Positions 9,469-19,272 of a stretch of 64,000 bases of DNA are shown here, piece after piece. A program made the translations under genes and the position numbers. Numbering within the stretch: the first letter of the stretch is position 1; the number at the start of each line of letters is the position of its first letter. This stretch comes from an uncultured delta proteobacterium. GTDB lineage: Bacteria > Myxococcota > UBA727 > VGSZ01. Below the pieces are notes generated by a model that was not told the origin of the DNA, did no database searches, and saw only the letters and a program-made list of their open reading frames with translations. Location: the NCBI GenBank assembly GCA_963775425.1, contig CAVZJB010000009.1, forward strand, positions 128,001 through 192,000, read 5' to 3'.

Positions 9469-9502
9469 CGCTGTTCCCTCGAACGGACACTGAACCCGGT
9501 AG

Positions 9503-9519
9503 AAGCGAGAAACATGCCC
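9503..9519 (-). promoter_or_regulatory. Putative sigma54 (-24/-12) promoter
   Basis: Minus strand GGGCATGTTTCTCGCTT has GG-N10-GC spacing, ~35 nt upstream of the 9468 start. Confidence 0.45.
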
Positions 9520-9703
9520 GACGCTCAACCCGAGAGCGACGACGCGTGTCACGCCGGATCCGCGCGGGGCGTGCGCGCGACACAGGCCGAAGGACGCGGC
9601 GATCGTGCGCGAAGCGATCGTTCGAATCGAGGCAACGGCTGTGTCGCCGTGCCCGCGGCCCGCGAATTTCTGCGTGTACGTGTGAGTGGCAGCTCGCGGG
9701 CCG

Positions 9704-10567
9704 TCAGGCGCGCGTGGCGAGGAGGGCGCGGATGGCGCCGGCGACGTCGGCGGGGCGCTCGACATGGAGGTGGTGCGCCCCCTTGAGGGTCTGCAGGCGC
9801 GCCTGCTTCATGGCCGCGAGGCGCGCGTCGGTGGTCTCGCCCTCGGGGACGTAGCCGTCGCTCGCCCGCAGCACGAGGACGGGCATCCTCATGCGCGCGG
9901 CGGTGGCGAGCCACATGGACTCCGGCCAGCGCACGGGGGTGGGCCCGCGCAGCCGCGGGTCGAACGGGAAGGCGAGGCGGCCGTCGCCGGCGTCGACGAG
10001 CACGTGCCGCACCATGCGCAGCGCGCCCTCCCTGGACAGCCCCGGGTTCTGCTGGCGGACCTTGTCGGCCGCGTCGTCGACGCTGGCGACGGTGGAGAAG
10101 GGGCGCTTGTCCGCGAGCACGCTCTTCACCACCTCGGCGAGGCGCTCGGGGGCCTCCGCCGGGTCTTCGGGCGGCCCGCCCACCGAGTCGATGAGCAGCA
10201 GCCGCGGCACCATCGCCGGGACCGCGCCCGCGAGCAGGGTCGCGACGTTGCCCCCCATCGAGTGCGCGACGAGGACGTCGACGGCTTCGCCGCTCTTCTT
10301 CAGCGTGTCGATGACGACGGCGACGTCCTTCAGGTGATCGAGCAGGTGATAGCTGCCGCCGGCGCCGACGCGCTCGCTCTGCCCGTGGCCGCGGAGGTCG
10401 AGCGCGAGGCAGCGCACGCCGTCGAGGGCGTCCGCGACCGCGTCGAAGGAGCGACCGGTGTCCAGGTAGCCGTGCACGAAGAGCGCGACCGGTCCTGCGC
10501 CGGCGTGATCCCACAAGCGCAGCTTGAGGCCGTTGGCTTTGACGACGCGAGCGACCGGTGACGCCAC
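9704..10567 (-). CDS. Alpha/beta hydrolase
   Basis: FVHGYLD oxyanion motif, DLRGHGQS, AHSMGG nucleophile elbow, C-terminal GAHHLH. Confidence 0.9.
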   Translation of the reverse strand: MASPVARVVKANGLKLRLWDHAGAGPVALFVHGYLDTGRSFDAVADALDGVRCLALDLRGHGQSERVGAGGSYHLLDHLKDVAVVIDTLKKSGEAVDVLVAHSMGGNVATLLAGAVPAMVPRLLLIDSVGGPPEDPAEAPERLAEVVKSVLADKRPFSTVASVDDAADKVRQQNPGLSREGALRMVRHVLVDAGDGRLAFPFDPRLRGPTPVRWPESMWLATAARMRMPVLVLRASDGYVPEGETTDARLAAMKQARLQTLKGAHHLHVERPADVAGAIRALLATRA

Positions 10568-10581
10568 CGCGCGGGTCTAGC

Positions 10582-12543
10582 ATGACGCCGGTGGGCCGGC
10601 GGGCCTCCGTCGCCGATTCCGCCCGCGTCGCCGCCCGGCTACGCTCGGGCGTGACCGACGACATCCTGCAGCGTCTCCTCTCCGACCCAGACGTCATTGC
10701 CGACCCCGTCGCCGTGGAGCTCGCACACGTCGTCAGCGCGCCCACGGGCCTGTCGTCCGCGGGCTTTCCGTACCTGAGCGACGACGCCTTCGCGCGCTTT
10801 CGCGACCGCGTGCCGCACATCCTCGCCATGGGCCCGCGCGCGCTCGCCGCGCTCGACGTCGTCACCGCCGCCGCGCGCCGCGCCGGCGCCGACGTCGCCG
10901 CCGCCGCCAGGGTGGTGCGCGGCTGCGTCCTCACCGCCGCCGTCACCGCGCCGCCCGACCTGTGGCTCGTTCGTCACGTCGCCGGGTGCCTCGCGCGCAC
11001 GGGCGTGGTGCAACGCCTCCTCGCCGGCGAGACCGTCGACGCGAGCGCATGCGACGTCGTCGTCGCCGGCGGCACGCACCGCGCCGATGCGCGCGAGCTC
11101 GAGGCCGACCTCACGCTCCTCGTGTCACGCGGCCTGGTCCAGGTCGCGCCGTCCGTCGACGGTGAGCGCCGCGCGCGCTTCGTGGCCCCGCGTCACCCGC
11201 GTGCGCGAGAGACGCTCGCCGCGCTTTCGCCGCTGCCGCCGTCGTGGCCGGCCGACGTCTCTCGCCTGTGGTGGCTCGCGTTCGCGGACGCAGCCGAGCG
11301 AAGCGCCGGTGGCCGCTCGACGATGTCGGGGCTCGCCGTGCGCCCCCTCGACGACGACGAGCGCGCGGTGCTCGTCGAGCTCGGCGCGAGCGCGCGCACC
11401 CGCACCGACGCCGCGCAGGACACGTGGATCCCCACGGCCGTCGAGGTCGAGGTCGGCTTTCGCCTCGTCCCCGTCGTGCTTGGCCTGCGCGCCGCCGGGA
11501 TGCACGCGCGGCTCGCCGAGGGCGCCGCCCTCGACGCCGCCGCGCTGTGCCCGGGCGAGCCCGCGGTGGGCGCCGCGGCGCTGGCGATCCTCGAGGCGGC
11601 CGGCGTCGTCATGAAGGCCGGCGGGGACGGCGGCGGCGGTCCGCGGTTCCTGCCCACGGCCACGGGCAAGCGCGTCGGCGACAAGGGCGCCGGGCCCATG
11701 GGCATCATCGAGGCGTACCACCCGTACATGGCCCACCTCGACGACATCCTCGTGCACGGCCGCGGCGGCGCCGCGTGGGTCACGCGCGGCGCGAACATCG
11801 CCGCCAGCCAGGACGCCAACCGCGACACCTTCCAAAGGGCGAACGACGCCCTCGACGCGTACTGCGCGGACACCGGCTTTTCGTACGAGGTGTACATCGA
11901 GCACGCCATCGGCCGCGGTGAGGCCACGCGGCAGCGCTTCGAGAAGGACGGCGAGCGCGTGCGTTACTTCGGCGCCGACCTCGAGGACGCCGCCATCGAC
12001 GCGTGCCTCGAGGAGCAGGCGCGCGGGGTGCTGCCCAGGAACATGGTGTTCGTGCGCCACGCCGACATCGGCGACCCGCAGCCGCTCGTCGACGCCGTCC
12101 GCAAGGCCGGCTGCTCCACGGAGGGCGCGGTGATGATCGTCGGCAACGGCTTTCACGAGGTGCGGGGCAAGGACGACGACGGCATGGTCGGCGTCTTCCG
12201 CGCCTACTGCGACGCCGGCATCGTGTTGCTCTTCACCGAGGAGAACGCGCTGCGCGTCGACGACCTCCTGGCCACGGCGTGGAACACCTACCACGCGGGC
12301 TTCCGTTACGTGCACGACAAGTCCGGGCAGGGGCTCCGGCCCGCCGAGCCCGCGCTCCCGTCGACGGTGGGCCGCTCGCTGCACAGCTCGTGGCGCGAGT
12401 GCGCCGAGCGCGCGGGCTACGTGCGCATGGACAAGTACTCGTCCAAGTCGCGCACGGTCTACCCGCTGGCGAGGAAGGGACGCGCCAACCCCACCATCAG
12501 CGCGAGCCACTTCTGCGTTCCGGCGCGGCTCGTCCGGGCATAG
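10582..12543 (+). CDS. Large hypothetical protein with probable C-terminal SAM-methyltransferase-like Rossmann domain
   Basis: YIEHAIGRGE (degenerate motif I), YFGADLE, HADIGDP, IVGNGFHEV; start uncertain (10558/10582/10651). Confidence 0.55.
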   Translation: MTPVGRRASVADSARVAARLRSGVTDDILQRLLSDPDVIADPVAVELAHVVSAPTGLSSAGFPYLSDDAFARFRDRVPHILAMGPRALAALDVVTAAARRAGADVAAAARVVRGCVLTAAVTAPPDLWLVRHVAGCLARTGVVQRLLAGETVDASACDVVVAGGTHRADARELEADLTLLVSRGLVQVAPSVDGERRARFVAPRHPRARETLAALSPLPPSWPADVSRLWWLAFADAAERSAGGRSTMSGLAVRPLDDDERAVLVELGASARTRTDAAQDTWIPTAVEVEVGFRLVPVVLGLRAAGMHARLAEGAALDAAALCPGEPAVGAAALAILEAAGVVMKAGGDGGGGPRFLPTATGKRVGDKGAGPMGIIEAYHPYMAHLDDILVHGRGGAAWVTRGANIAASQDANRDTFQRANDALDAYCADTGFSYEVYIEHAIGRGEATRQRFEKDGERVRYFGADLEDAAIDACLEEQARGVLPRNMVFVRHADIGDPQPLVDAVRKAGCSTEGAVMIVGNGFHEVRGKDDDGMVGVFRAYCDAGIVLLFTEENALRVDDLLATAWNTYHAGFRYVHDKSGQGLRPAEPALPSTVGRSLHSSWRECAERAGYVRMDKYSSKSRTVYPLARKGRANPTISASHFCVPARLVRA

Positions 12544-12570
12544 CGCGGGCGCCGCCGGGCCGGGCTGCGT

Positions 12571-13785
12571 TCAGGCGCGCCACACGGGGTGGCGGCGGAA
12601 GCCGGCGGCCATGACGACGACGCCGAGCGCGGAGACGGCGCCGACGAGGAGGAAGTGCGGGCCGTAGCCGAAGGCCTGGGCGGAGACGCCGGAGAGCCAA
12701 CTGCCGACGAGCTGTACGAGCACGACGGCGCAGGCCTGCACGGTGTAGTCGGTGCCGCCGGTCTTCGGGTCGCACACGTCCATCATCGCCGTGAACAGCG
12801 CGACCGTGGCGACGCCGCCGGTGAAGTGCTCGATGACGACGAGCGTGGCCACGACGCCGGGGCCGGTGGCGGCGAACGCCGGCCACGCGTAGCCGGCGAG
12901 GAGGAGCGTGTGCACGGCGCCGCCGGCGACGAGGGCGAAGAGCCGGCCGCGCTTGGCGAGCGCGCCGCCGGTCATGGCGCCGAGCAGGCCGGCCCCCGAG
13001 CCCCACAGCGCGAACAGCGAGCCGATCTGGGAGAGCGAGTACCCCTTGTCGACGAGCATGGTCTTGGCCATCGGCCCGGGCAGCGCGTCGCCGAGCTTGT
13101 AGACGGCGACGAGCGCGAGCCACACGAGCACGTCCTTGCGCTTGAGGAACGCCACCGCGGCGGTCCACGTCACCGGCCCCCCTTCCTGTGTCGCGCCGAC
13201 GAGCGGGCGCTCGCGGAACCACAACACCGGCAGCGTGGCGGCGGCGAGGACGGCAGCCATGGCGACGAAGGTCGCGTGCCAACCGAGCCGATCGAAGACC
13301 CACACGAGGACGGCGCCGCCGATGATCATGCCGACGCGGTACGCGGCGACCTGCACGCCGTTTCCGTGGCCGCGCTCGGCGGGCGTGAGGAGGTCCACGG
13401 CGAGGCCGTCGGTGGCGATGTCCTGTGTGGCCGCCAGCGCGTTCATCACCAGGAGGCCCACGGCCATGACGCCGACGAGCGAGGAGCCGCCGAACGCGCC
13501 TTGCGCGCCGGCGAGCGCGAGGGCCATCGCCACCGTCAGCGCCTGCAGCGGGACGATCCAGCCCCGGCGCCGGCCGAGCGGTGAGCCAGTGAAGCGGTCC
13601 ACCACGGGCGCCCACAGGAACTTCAGCGCCCACGGCGCCGCCAACACCGCGCTCGCCCCGATGAGCGCCAGGGAGATCTTTTCCTTGCGCATCACCACCG
13701 GCAACGCCGTCGTGAAGAAGCCGTAGGGGAGCCCCTGTGAGAGATACAGGGAGGTCAAGAGCCCCAGCTTCGCGGGCGTGCGCAC
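12571..13785 (-). CDS. AmpG/RhtX-like MFS transporter
   Basis: LYLSQGLPYG, PWALKFLWAPVVDR, GRRRGW, ATQDIATDG motifs; 12 TM. Confidence 0.9.
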   Translation of the reverse strand: MRTPAKLGLLTSLYLSQGLPYGFFTTALPVVMRKEKISLALIGASAVLAAPWALKFLWAPVVDRFTGSPLGRRRGWIVPLQALTVAMALALAGAQGAFGGSSLVGVMAVGLLVMNALAATQDIATDGLAVDLLTPAERGHGNGVQVAAYRVGMIIGGAVLVWVFDRLGWHATFVAMAAVLAAATLPVLWFRERPLVGATQEGGPVTWTAAVAFLKRKDVLVWLALVAVYKLGDALPGPMAKTMLVDKGYSLSQIGSLFALWGSGAGLLGAMTGGALAKRGRLFALVAGGAVHTLLLAGYAWPAFAATGPGVVATLVVIEHFTGGVATVALFTAMMDVCDPKTGGTDYTVQACAVVLVQLVGSWLSGVSAQAFGYGPHFLLVGAVSALGVVVMAAGFRRHPVWRA

Positions 13786-13850
13786 CCGCGCAATCTAGCC
13801 GGCGGCGGGGGCCTTTCAACCGCCCGCCGCGTTCGCTATCTCGTCGAGCC

Positions 13851-15221
13851 ATGAAGCGTTACGCCAACATCGCCCTCACCGTCGTCGTCGTGGTCTTGGC
13901 GATCCTCGTCGGCTGGATGGTGGCGAGCAAGTTCGGCCTGGTGGCGCCGCCCATCAAGCAGTCGAAGATCGATCGGCTCATCCGAACCACCACCGGCAAC
14001 CCCAAGCACAAAAACGCCTACCTCTCCGTCGACGACCCCACCATCAAGGTCGACGACCTCGGCCCGCGCAAATGGAAGATCATCGACGTCCATGAGCACC
14101 TCAAGGGCGAGCCCGAGGCCAAGATGCTCCTCAAGGAGATGGACAAGCTCGGCATCCAGCGCACGTCGCTCATGGGGTCCACCACGTACACGCTGACGCT
14201 CAACCCCATCTACGGCTTCGAAGGGTGGAAGGACAACAACGAGTCCTTGTTGAAGGTGAAGAAGGCGCACCCGGGGCGCTTCGCGGTGTTCGTCACGTTC
14301 GATCCGTGTGACGACGAGGACAAGGTCGCCCTCGTGAAGGACTACCTCGCTCGCGGCGCCGACGGCGTGAAGCTCTACCTCGGCCACGGCGCGCACACGC
14401 CCAAGTTCGCGTTTCACTGCGAGCCCATCGACGCGCCCAACATGGAGCCGTTCTTCGCGTTCGCCGAGGACGCGCAGATCCCCATCGTCCTGCACGTGAA
14501 CCTCGGGAAGTACTGGGACGAGATGCTCGACGTCCTCGAGAAGCACCCCTATCTGCGTGTGAACATGCCGCACTTCGGCCTGTCGAAGAACTCGGGCCAG
14601 AAGCTCAAGCGGCTCGCGTTCCTGCTCAACCGCTACCCGTACGCCTACACCGACGTGAGCTTCGGCTACTACACCTACCAGCTCGACGGGTACGAGAACC
14701 TGGCGATGTGGCGCTCGCGCAGCAAGGAGTGGCTCACGCAGGAGCGGGACAAGGTCATGTTCGCGTCGGACATGGTGCTCGAGCCGTCCAAGGACCAGCC
14801 GTACATCGAGAACACCCTGCGCGCGTACATGCAGTTCCTCGAGAAGGAGCGCTGGCGTGTGTTCCTCGTGCCGTCCAAGACCATGCACGGCATGGGGCTC
14901 GACGACGAGACGCTGCACCACATCTACGAGGTCGCGCCGCACAACTTCCTGCTCATGGACGACAAGGGCAACCTGCCGGACCGCACCAAGGACCCGCGCG
15001 TCGAGGTGCCGCGCCCGCCCGTCCCGCCGCTCACGCCCGACATGATCCCGCCGTTGCGCTTGCCGCGCGGCGGCGCCGTGCCGGCGCACGGCGCGGCCGA
15101 CGCCGGTGTCGCCGCCCCCGTCGACGCGGGCGCCCAGCAGGGCTCGAGCGAGCCCGAGGGCGACGACGAGGGCGAGATCGACGACGACGTCGGTGGAGGA
15201 GCCGGCGCGACGGCCGAGTGA
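13851..15221 (+). CDS. Membrane-anchored amidohydrolase-2 family protein
   Basis: N-terminal TM, IIDVHEH, GADGVKLY, IPIVLHV, MPHFG, MFASD; Pro/acidic disordered tail. Confidence 0.8.
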   Translation: MKRYANIALTVVVVVLAILVGWMVASKFGLVAPPIKQSKIDRLIRTTTGNPKHKNAYLSVDDPTIKVDDLGPRKWKIIDVHEHLKGEPEAKMLLKEMDKLGIQRTSLMGSTTYTLTLNPIYGFEGWKDNNESLLKVKKAHPGRFAVFVTFDPCDDEDKVALVKDYLARGADGVKLYLGHGAHTPKFAFHCEPIDAPNMEPFFAFAEDAQIPIVLHVNLGKYWDEMLDVLEKHPYLRVNMPHFGLSKNSGQKLKRLAFLLNRYPYAYTDVSFGYYTYQLDGYENLAMWRSRSKEWLTQERDKVMFASDMVLEPSKDQPYIENTLRAYMQFLEKERWRVFLVPSKTMHGMGLDDETLHHIYEVAPHNFLLMDDKGNLPDRTKDPRVEVPRPPVPPLTPDMIPPLRLPRGGAVPAHGAADAGVAAPVDAGAQQGSSEPEGDDEGEIDDDVGGGAGATAE

Positions 15222-15254
15222 CGGCGGCGGGGCCACACCCGCTGCCCGCGTCGT

Positions 15255-16568
15255 CTACTTGGGCAGGCCGATGGGCATGCCCGAGGGCGGCGGGCCCTGC
15301 TTGTCGTCGTCGCCGCCGAAGACCTCGGCCCACTTCACGCGCGCGGTGAGTTGCATCAGCACGAACAGCGTGAGGGTGGCGCCGACCGCGATGGACAGGC
15401 CCGTCTGCCCTTCGACGAAGAACGCGCACGAAAAGAGCACGAGGAACACGAGCTGCGCCGCCGCCGCCTGGAGCCACGCCGCCTTGCTGCCCATCACGAT
15501 GCGCAGGTAGCTCACCACCAACGCGACGCTGGCGACGGCGGAGATGGCGAACGCGGTGGCGATGTCGACGACGTCGACGAGGTAGGCCAGCAGCAGGTGG
15601 AACGCGAAGAACCCGGCCGCGAGGAAGAAGTAGTTCATCGGGTGCAGGCTCTTGCCGCGCACCACCCCGAGGATCACCATCACGGTGAAGAAGAACAGCA
15701 GGCTCACGGGCGCGAAGAACGAGATGCGCGCCGCCACCGGTCCCGGGTTCAAGCGGCTCGGCAGCTCCACCGCGATGCGCTGGCCGGTGACGAGGTTGGC
15801 GAACTTCCACGTGAGGAGGGCGCCGTCGCCGGCGGCGGCCTTCGCCGACGGCGACATCGAGCCCGACGGGAAGTCCACGTCGGCGACGTTGGTGGAGAGC
15901 GCGAGCGCGAAGTCGCGCACCTGCGAGACGCCGTCGCCGAACACGTAGCTCCACGTGCCGATGCCGCGTGAGCGGTAGGCGACGTCGACGTCGACGGCGT
16001 CGCCGGGGTGGAGCTCGAGGCGCACCACGGCGCCGCGCGACAGATCCGTGACCGCCGGCGCCTCCTTGCCGTTCACCTTGAAGACGAAGCCGTCGTAGAT
16101 GCCCTCGGTGGAGGGGAACGAGAAGCCGACCTCGGCGTCGCCGACGTCGTTGGTCTGGTTCTCGAAGCGATAGTGCCCGGCGAAGCCGACGCCGTAGGTG
16201 GGGAACCACAGCAGGCCCTTCCGGCGGTGCTGGAGATCGAGGGAGACGCGGACGTCGCTCTTCACGAGCGAGACGGATTCGCCGCGGGTGTTGCCCTGCA
16301 CGAGCGACTCACGGACGCGCTCGACGTGCTCGCCAACCTTCTTGCCCTTGTCGTCTCTGTCGACGACGTTGCGCGTGACGTCGTGGGTGACGAGCCACGC
16401 CTCCGGCGCCCGCTGCACGTGCTCACCGCCCCAGAGCCGCTCCACCTCGGCGCGCAGGGTGCCGTCGGCCTCGCCGCTGCGGTTGGTCACGGTAGCGCCG
16501 AGGATCATCCACGCGACCGTCGTGCATACGAAGATGAACCCAATGGCGAACAGGCGGAGCGGTGTCAC
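15255..16568 (-). CDS. CreD-like inner membrane protein
   Basis: N-terminal TM, periplasmic domain (RRKGLLWF), six C-terminal TMs with LHPMNYFF..FHLLLAYL. Confidence 0.8.
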   Translation of the reverse strand: MTPLRLFAIGFIFVCTTVAWMILGATVTNRSGEADGTLRAEVERLWGGEHVQRAPEAWLVTHDVTRNVVDRDDKGKKVGEHVERVRESLVQGNTRGESVSLVKSDVRVSLDLQHRRKGLLWFPTYGVGFAGHYRFENQTNDVGDAEVGFSFPSTEGIYDGFVFKVNGKEAPAVTDLSRGAVVRLELHPGDAVDVDVAYRSRGIGTWSYVFGDGVSQVRDFALALSTNVADVDFPSGSMSPSAKAAAGDGALLTWKFANLVTGQRIAVELPSRLNPGPVAARISFFAPVSLLFFFTVMVILGVVRGKSLHPMNYFFLAAGFFAFHLLLAYLVDVVDIATAFAISAVASVALVVSYLRIVMGSKAAWLQAAAAQLVFLVLFSCAFFVEGQTGLSIAVGATLTLFVLMQLTARVKWAEVFGGDDDKQGPPPSGMPIGLPK

Positions 16569-16638
16569 GCGAGCCTCCCTCACGTCGAGCGCGTGGTGTG
16601 GAGGCACAAAGCCGCGGGCCCCGGCGGCCATTCCGGTT

Positions 16639-16673
16639 GATCAAGCGACCGGAGGGAGCGGCCGCGCTGGATC
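16639..16673. repeat. Dispersed ~35-bp GATC-bounded repeat, copy 2
   Basis: Reverse complement matches 4404-4437. Confidence 0.75.
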
Positions 16674-16687
16674 ACGCGACCGGAGAG

Positions 16688-17584
16688 TCAGCGCACCGTG
16701 ATGCGGAGGCCGGCGCGGTTTTCGAATTGCTGCAGCGCGCCTTTGTCGTAGGCGACGGCGTCGACGTGGGCGGGCTTGCCTTCGGCCGGGTGCACGAGGG
16801 TCATGCCGCGCACCTTGATGTGGATGCCCTCCATGTAGCTGAACAGGCCGTTGGCCTTGCCGACATAGAGCGTCTCGACGCGCACCTGGTGGGTGCCGGG
16901 GAACACGGTGCCCTCGTAGAACACCCGCGCCTTCCGGGCGTCGATGCCCGTTTGATCGTTGGCGTCGGTGACGCGCTTGCCGTCGACGAACACACGCACC
17001 TGGATGAGCTTGAGCCACGCGGAGACTTCGTCGGTGTAGCGCACCGTGAGCGGCGCCGACGGGAGCGGCTCGGGCGCGAGGTCCTGGTGCGCCGCGCGCG
17101 CGGTCCCCGCGTCGGCGACGCCCGCGTCGACGACGCCGTGGGCGGCCGCAGCGACGCCGGCGTCGTGGACGGCCTCGGCCTCGCCGGCGTCGACGACGAC
17201 CGGCTCCTTCGCGACCGCCGTGCTCTCGACCGGCTTGTTGTCCACCGGCTTGTTGTCGACCGGCTCCTCGGCGCGCGCGCGCCGGCCGTGGTGTGTGGGC
17301 CCGACGGGCGCCACCAGCGCAATGGCCGCGCCGGCGTCGACGACGGCCTCGACGAGGCCGCCCGCGTCGGCGGCGCCGGCATCGCCCACGGCTTCGGCGA
17401 CGCCCGCGTCGAGGTCGCCCGCGTCGGCGTCGCCCGCGCCGACGTCGCCCGCGTCGGCGTTGCCCGCGTCGTTGGATTCGCTCGTTCGGCTACAGGCGCG
17501 GCCGATGAGCAGACCGAGGACCACGGCGACCACCGCGATGACCGCGAATGCCAGGAGCCTGCCGGTGTTCCCGCGCCGAGGCAC
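16688..17584 (-). CDS. Membrane-anchored hypothetical protein with DAG-repeat stalk and C-terminal beta-sandwich
   Basis: TM segment, many DAG repeats, C-terminal VFVDG..VFPGTHQV..GLFSYM domain. Confidence 0.75.
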   Translation of the reverse strand: MPRRGNTGRLLAFAVIAVVAVVLGLLIGRACSRTSESNDAGNADAGDVGAGDADAGDLDAGVAEAVGDAGAADAGGLVEAVVDAGAAIALVAPVGPTHHGRRARAEEPVDNKPVDNKPVESTAVAKEPVVVDAGEAEAVHDAGVAAAAHGVVDAGVADAGTARAAHQDLAPEPLPSAPLTVRYTDEVSAWLKLIQVRVFVDGKRVTDANDQTGIDARKARVFYEGTVFPGTHQVRVETLYVGKANGLFSYMEGIHIKVRGMTLVHPAEGKPAHVDAVAYDKGALQQFENRAGLRITVR

Positions 17585-17602
17585 GGCGCGAGTCTACGGG
17601 GA

Positions 17603-18412
17603 TCAGAGCAAGGCGACCAATTGCCGGGCGGTGGCCACGAGCACGCCGTCCGCGGACCAAAGGTCGCAGCGCTCGTCGGTCATGCCTCCGTCGCCGACGC
17701 GCGAGCTCTGCACGATGAGCACGTGAGCGCCGGGCGCGACGGCGGCGGGATCGCCGTGGAAGTCGATGGTCATGTCGACGCTGCTGGCCGCGCGCAGCGA
17801 GGGGAGCCGGGGCATGAGCGCCGGCGGGTACGCGTCGATGAGCGCGGCGACGGCGGGCGCGTCGACGACCACGGGCTCGCGCGGCCGCAGCCAGCCGCCG
17901 ACGAGCGAGCGCGGCGACGATGACAGCGGCGGGTCGCCGAGGCACATGCGGTATTCGAAGAACTGCGTGAACGCCGGCAGGACCGGGACGTCGGGCGGCA
18001 CCGTGGGCACGCCCTCGGGAGCGGGGACAGCCGGCATCTGCGCGTCGAGGTACACGAGCGCGTCTTCCGGGCGCGGGCGCGGCACGGCGAACGTGGCGCT
18101 CGCGAGGGTGACCACCGTGTCGCCCTGGCGCACGCGCGCCGAGAGCGTGGACATGGTGGCGCCCGCGCGCTCGACGACGACGTCGCAGGTGAGCGGGCCC
18201 TCCCGGGCCGGCGCGCAGAAGTGCACGTGGAGCGTGCGCGGCCGGCGCGCGGGGGCGTCGACGACGGTCATCATCGCGCGGAGGACGCCGGCGTTGAGCA
18301 AGCCGCCGTAGGCGCCCTTGCCCTGAAACCAGGGCGGCGTGATCTCCGCCGTGAAGCGCGCGCCCCCGGCGCGGGTCCAGGTGGTGGCGGCGACGAGGGG
18401 GGCTGCGGTCAT
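17603..18412 (-). CDS. Acyl-CoA thioesterase (double hot-dog)
   Basis: WFQGKGAYGG, HVHFCAP, DAYPP, SSVDMTIDF, LWSADG..ARQL. Confidence 0.88.
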   Translation of the reverse strand: MTAAPLVAATTWTRAGGARFTAEITPPWFQGKGAYGGLLNAGVLRAMMTVVDAPARRPRTLHVHFCAPAREGPLTCDVVVERAGATMSTLSARVRQGDTVVTLASATFAVPRPRPEDALVYLDAQMPAVPAPEGVPTVPPDVPVLPAFTQFFEYRMCLGDPPLSSSPRSLVGGWLRPREPVVVDAPAVAALIDAYPPALMPRLPSLRAASSVDMTIDFHGDPAAVAPGAHVLIVQSSRVGDGGMTDERCDLWSADGVLVATARQLVALL

Positions 18413-18581
18413 CGCCGGACGTTATCGGTGGGCGCCGCGGCGTCAACTCGGAGTCCACGGCGCTGGACGCGCCGCGCTCGTCGACGACGACCGTGTGCGC
18501 GATGCTGCGCCGTGCGCGCGGCGAAGCCGCCCTCGTCCGCGCGCTCCCGTTGGCATATCGAGCGGTCGCAGGAGCAACGCC

Positions 18582-19187
18582 GTGACCGCTCGCGCCCGAC
18601 GCCACCTCATCGCCGCCGACCCCGTCCTCGGTCGTCACATGGACAAGATCGGCGCCTGTCGCCTGCGCAAGGACGACATCTCGAGCCTCTACGAGTCGCT
18701 CGCGGAGGCCATCGTGTACCAGCAGCTCAACGGCAAGGCTGCGGCGAGCATCTTTTCGCGGGTGAAGGCGCTCGGGACCCGCGGCTTCCCGAGCCCCGCG
18801 GAGCTCATCGCCCTCGACGACGCTGCGCTGCGCGGTGCCGGCCTCTCGGCCGCCAAGGCCAGGGCCGTGCGCGACCTGGCGCTGCACGAGCAGCGCGGCG
18901 ACCTGCCCACGCTCGCGGAGGCGCACGGCCTCGACGACGCGGCGCTCGTCGACAAGCTCACGGCGGTGCGCGGCATCGGCCCGTGGACCGTGGAGATGCT
19001 CCTCATCTTCCGCCTCGGCCGCGGCGACGTCCTGCCCGCCACCGACTACGGCATCCGCCAGGGCTTCCAAAAGGTCTTTCGCACCAAGGCGCTGCCGTCG
19101 CCGGCGCAGGTCCTCGCCCGCGGCGAACGCTGGCGCCCCTTTCGCACCATGGCCGCGTGGTACCTCTGGCGCGCCGTGTCGCCCTGA
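18582..19187 (+). CDS. alkA: DNA-3-methyladenine glycosylase II (HhH-GPD)
   Basis: AIVYQQL, LRGAGLS, VRGIGPWTVEMLLIF, DVLPATDYG, W.PFRT..AWYLW. Confidence 0.88.
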   Translation: MTARARRHLIAADPVLGRHMDKIGACRLRKDDISSLYESLAEAIVYQQLNGKAAASIFSRVKALGTRGFPSPAELIALDDAALRGAGLSAAKARAVRDLALHEQRGDLPTLAEAHGLDDAALVDKLTAVRGIGPWTVEMLLIFRLGRGDVLPATDYGIRQGFQKVFRTKALPSPAQVLARGERWRPFRTMAAWYLWRAVSP

Positions 19188-19272
19188 CGCCGTCGGTGTC
19201 GAGCGGAATGCCGCTTCGCCTTTTCGGTCGGCGTTTTTTGACATCGATGACGACGACGCCGACGATCGAGGC

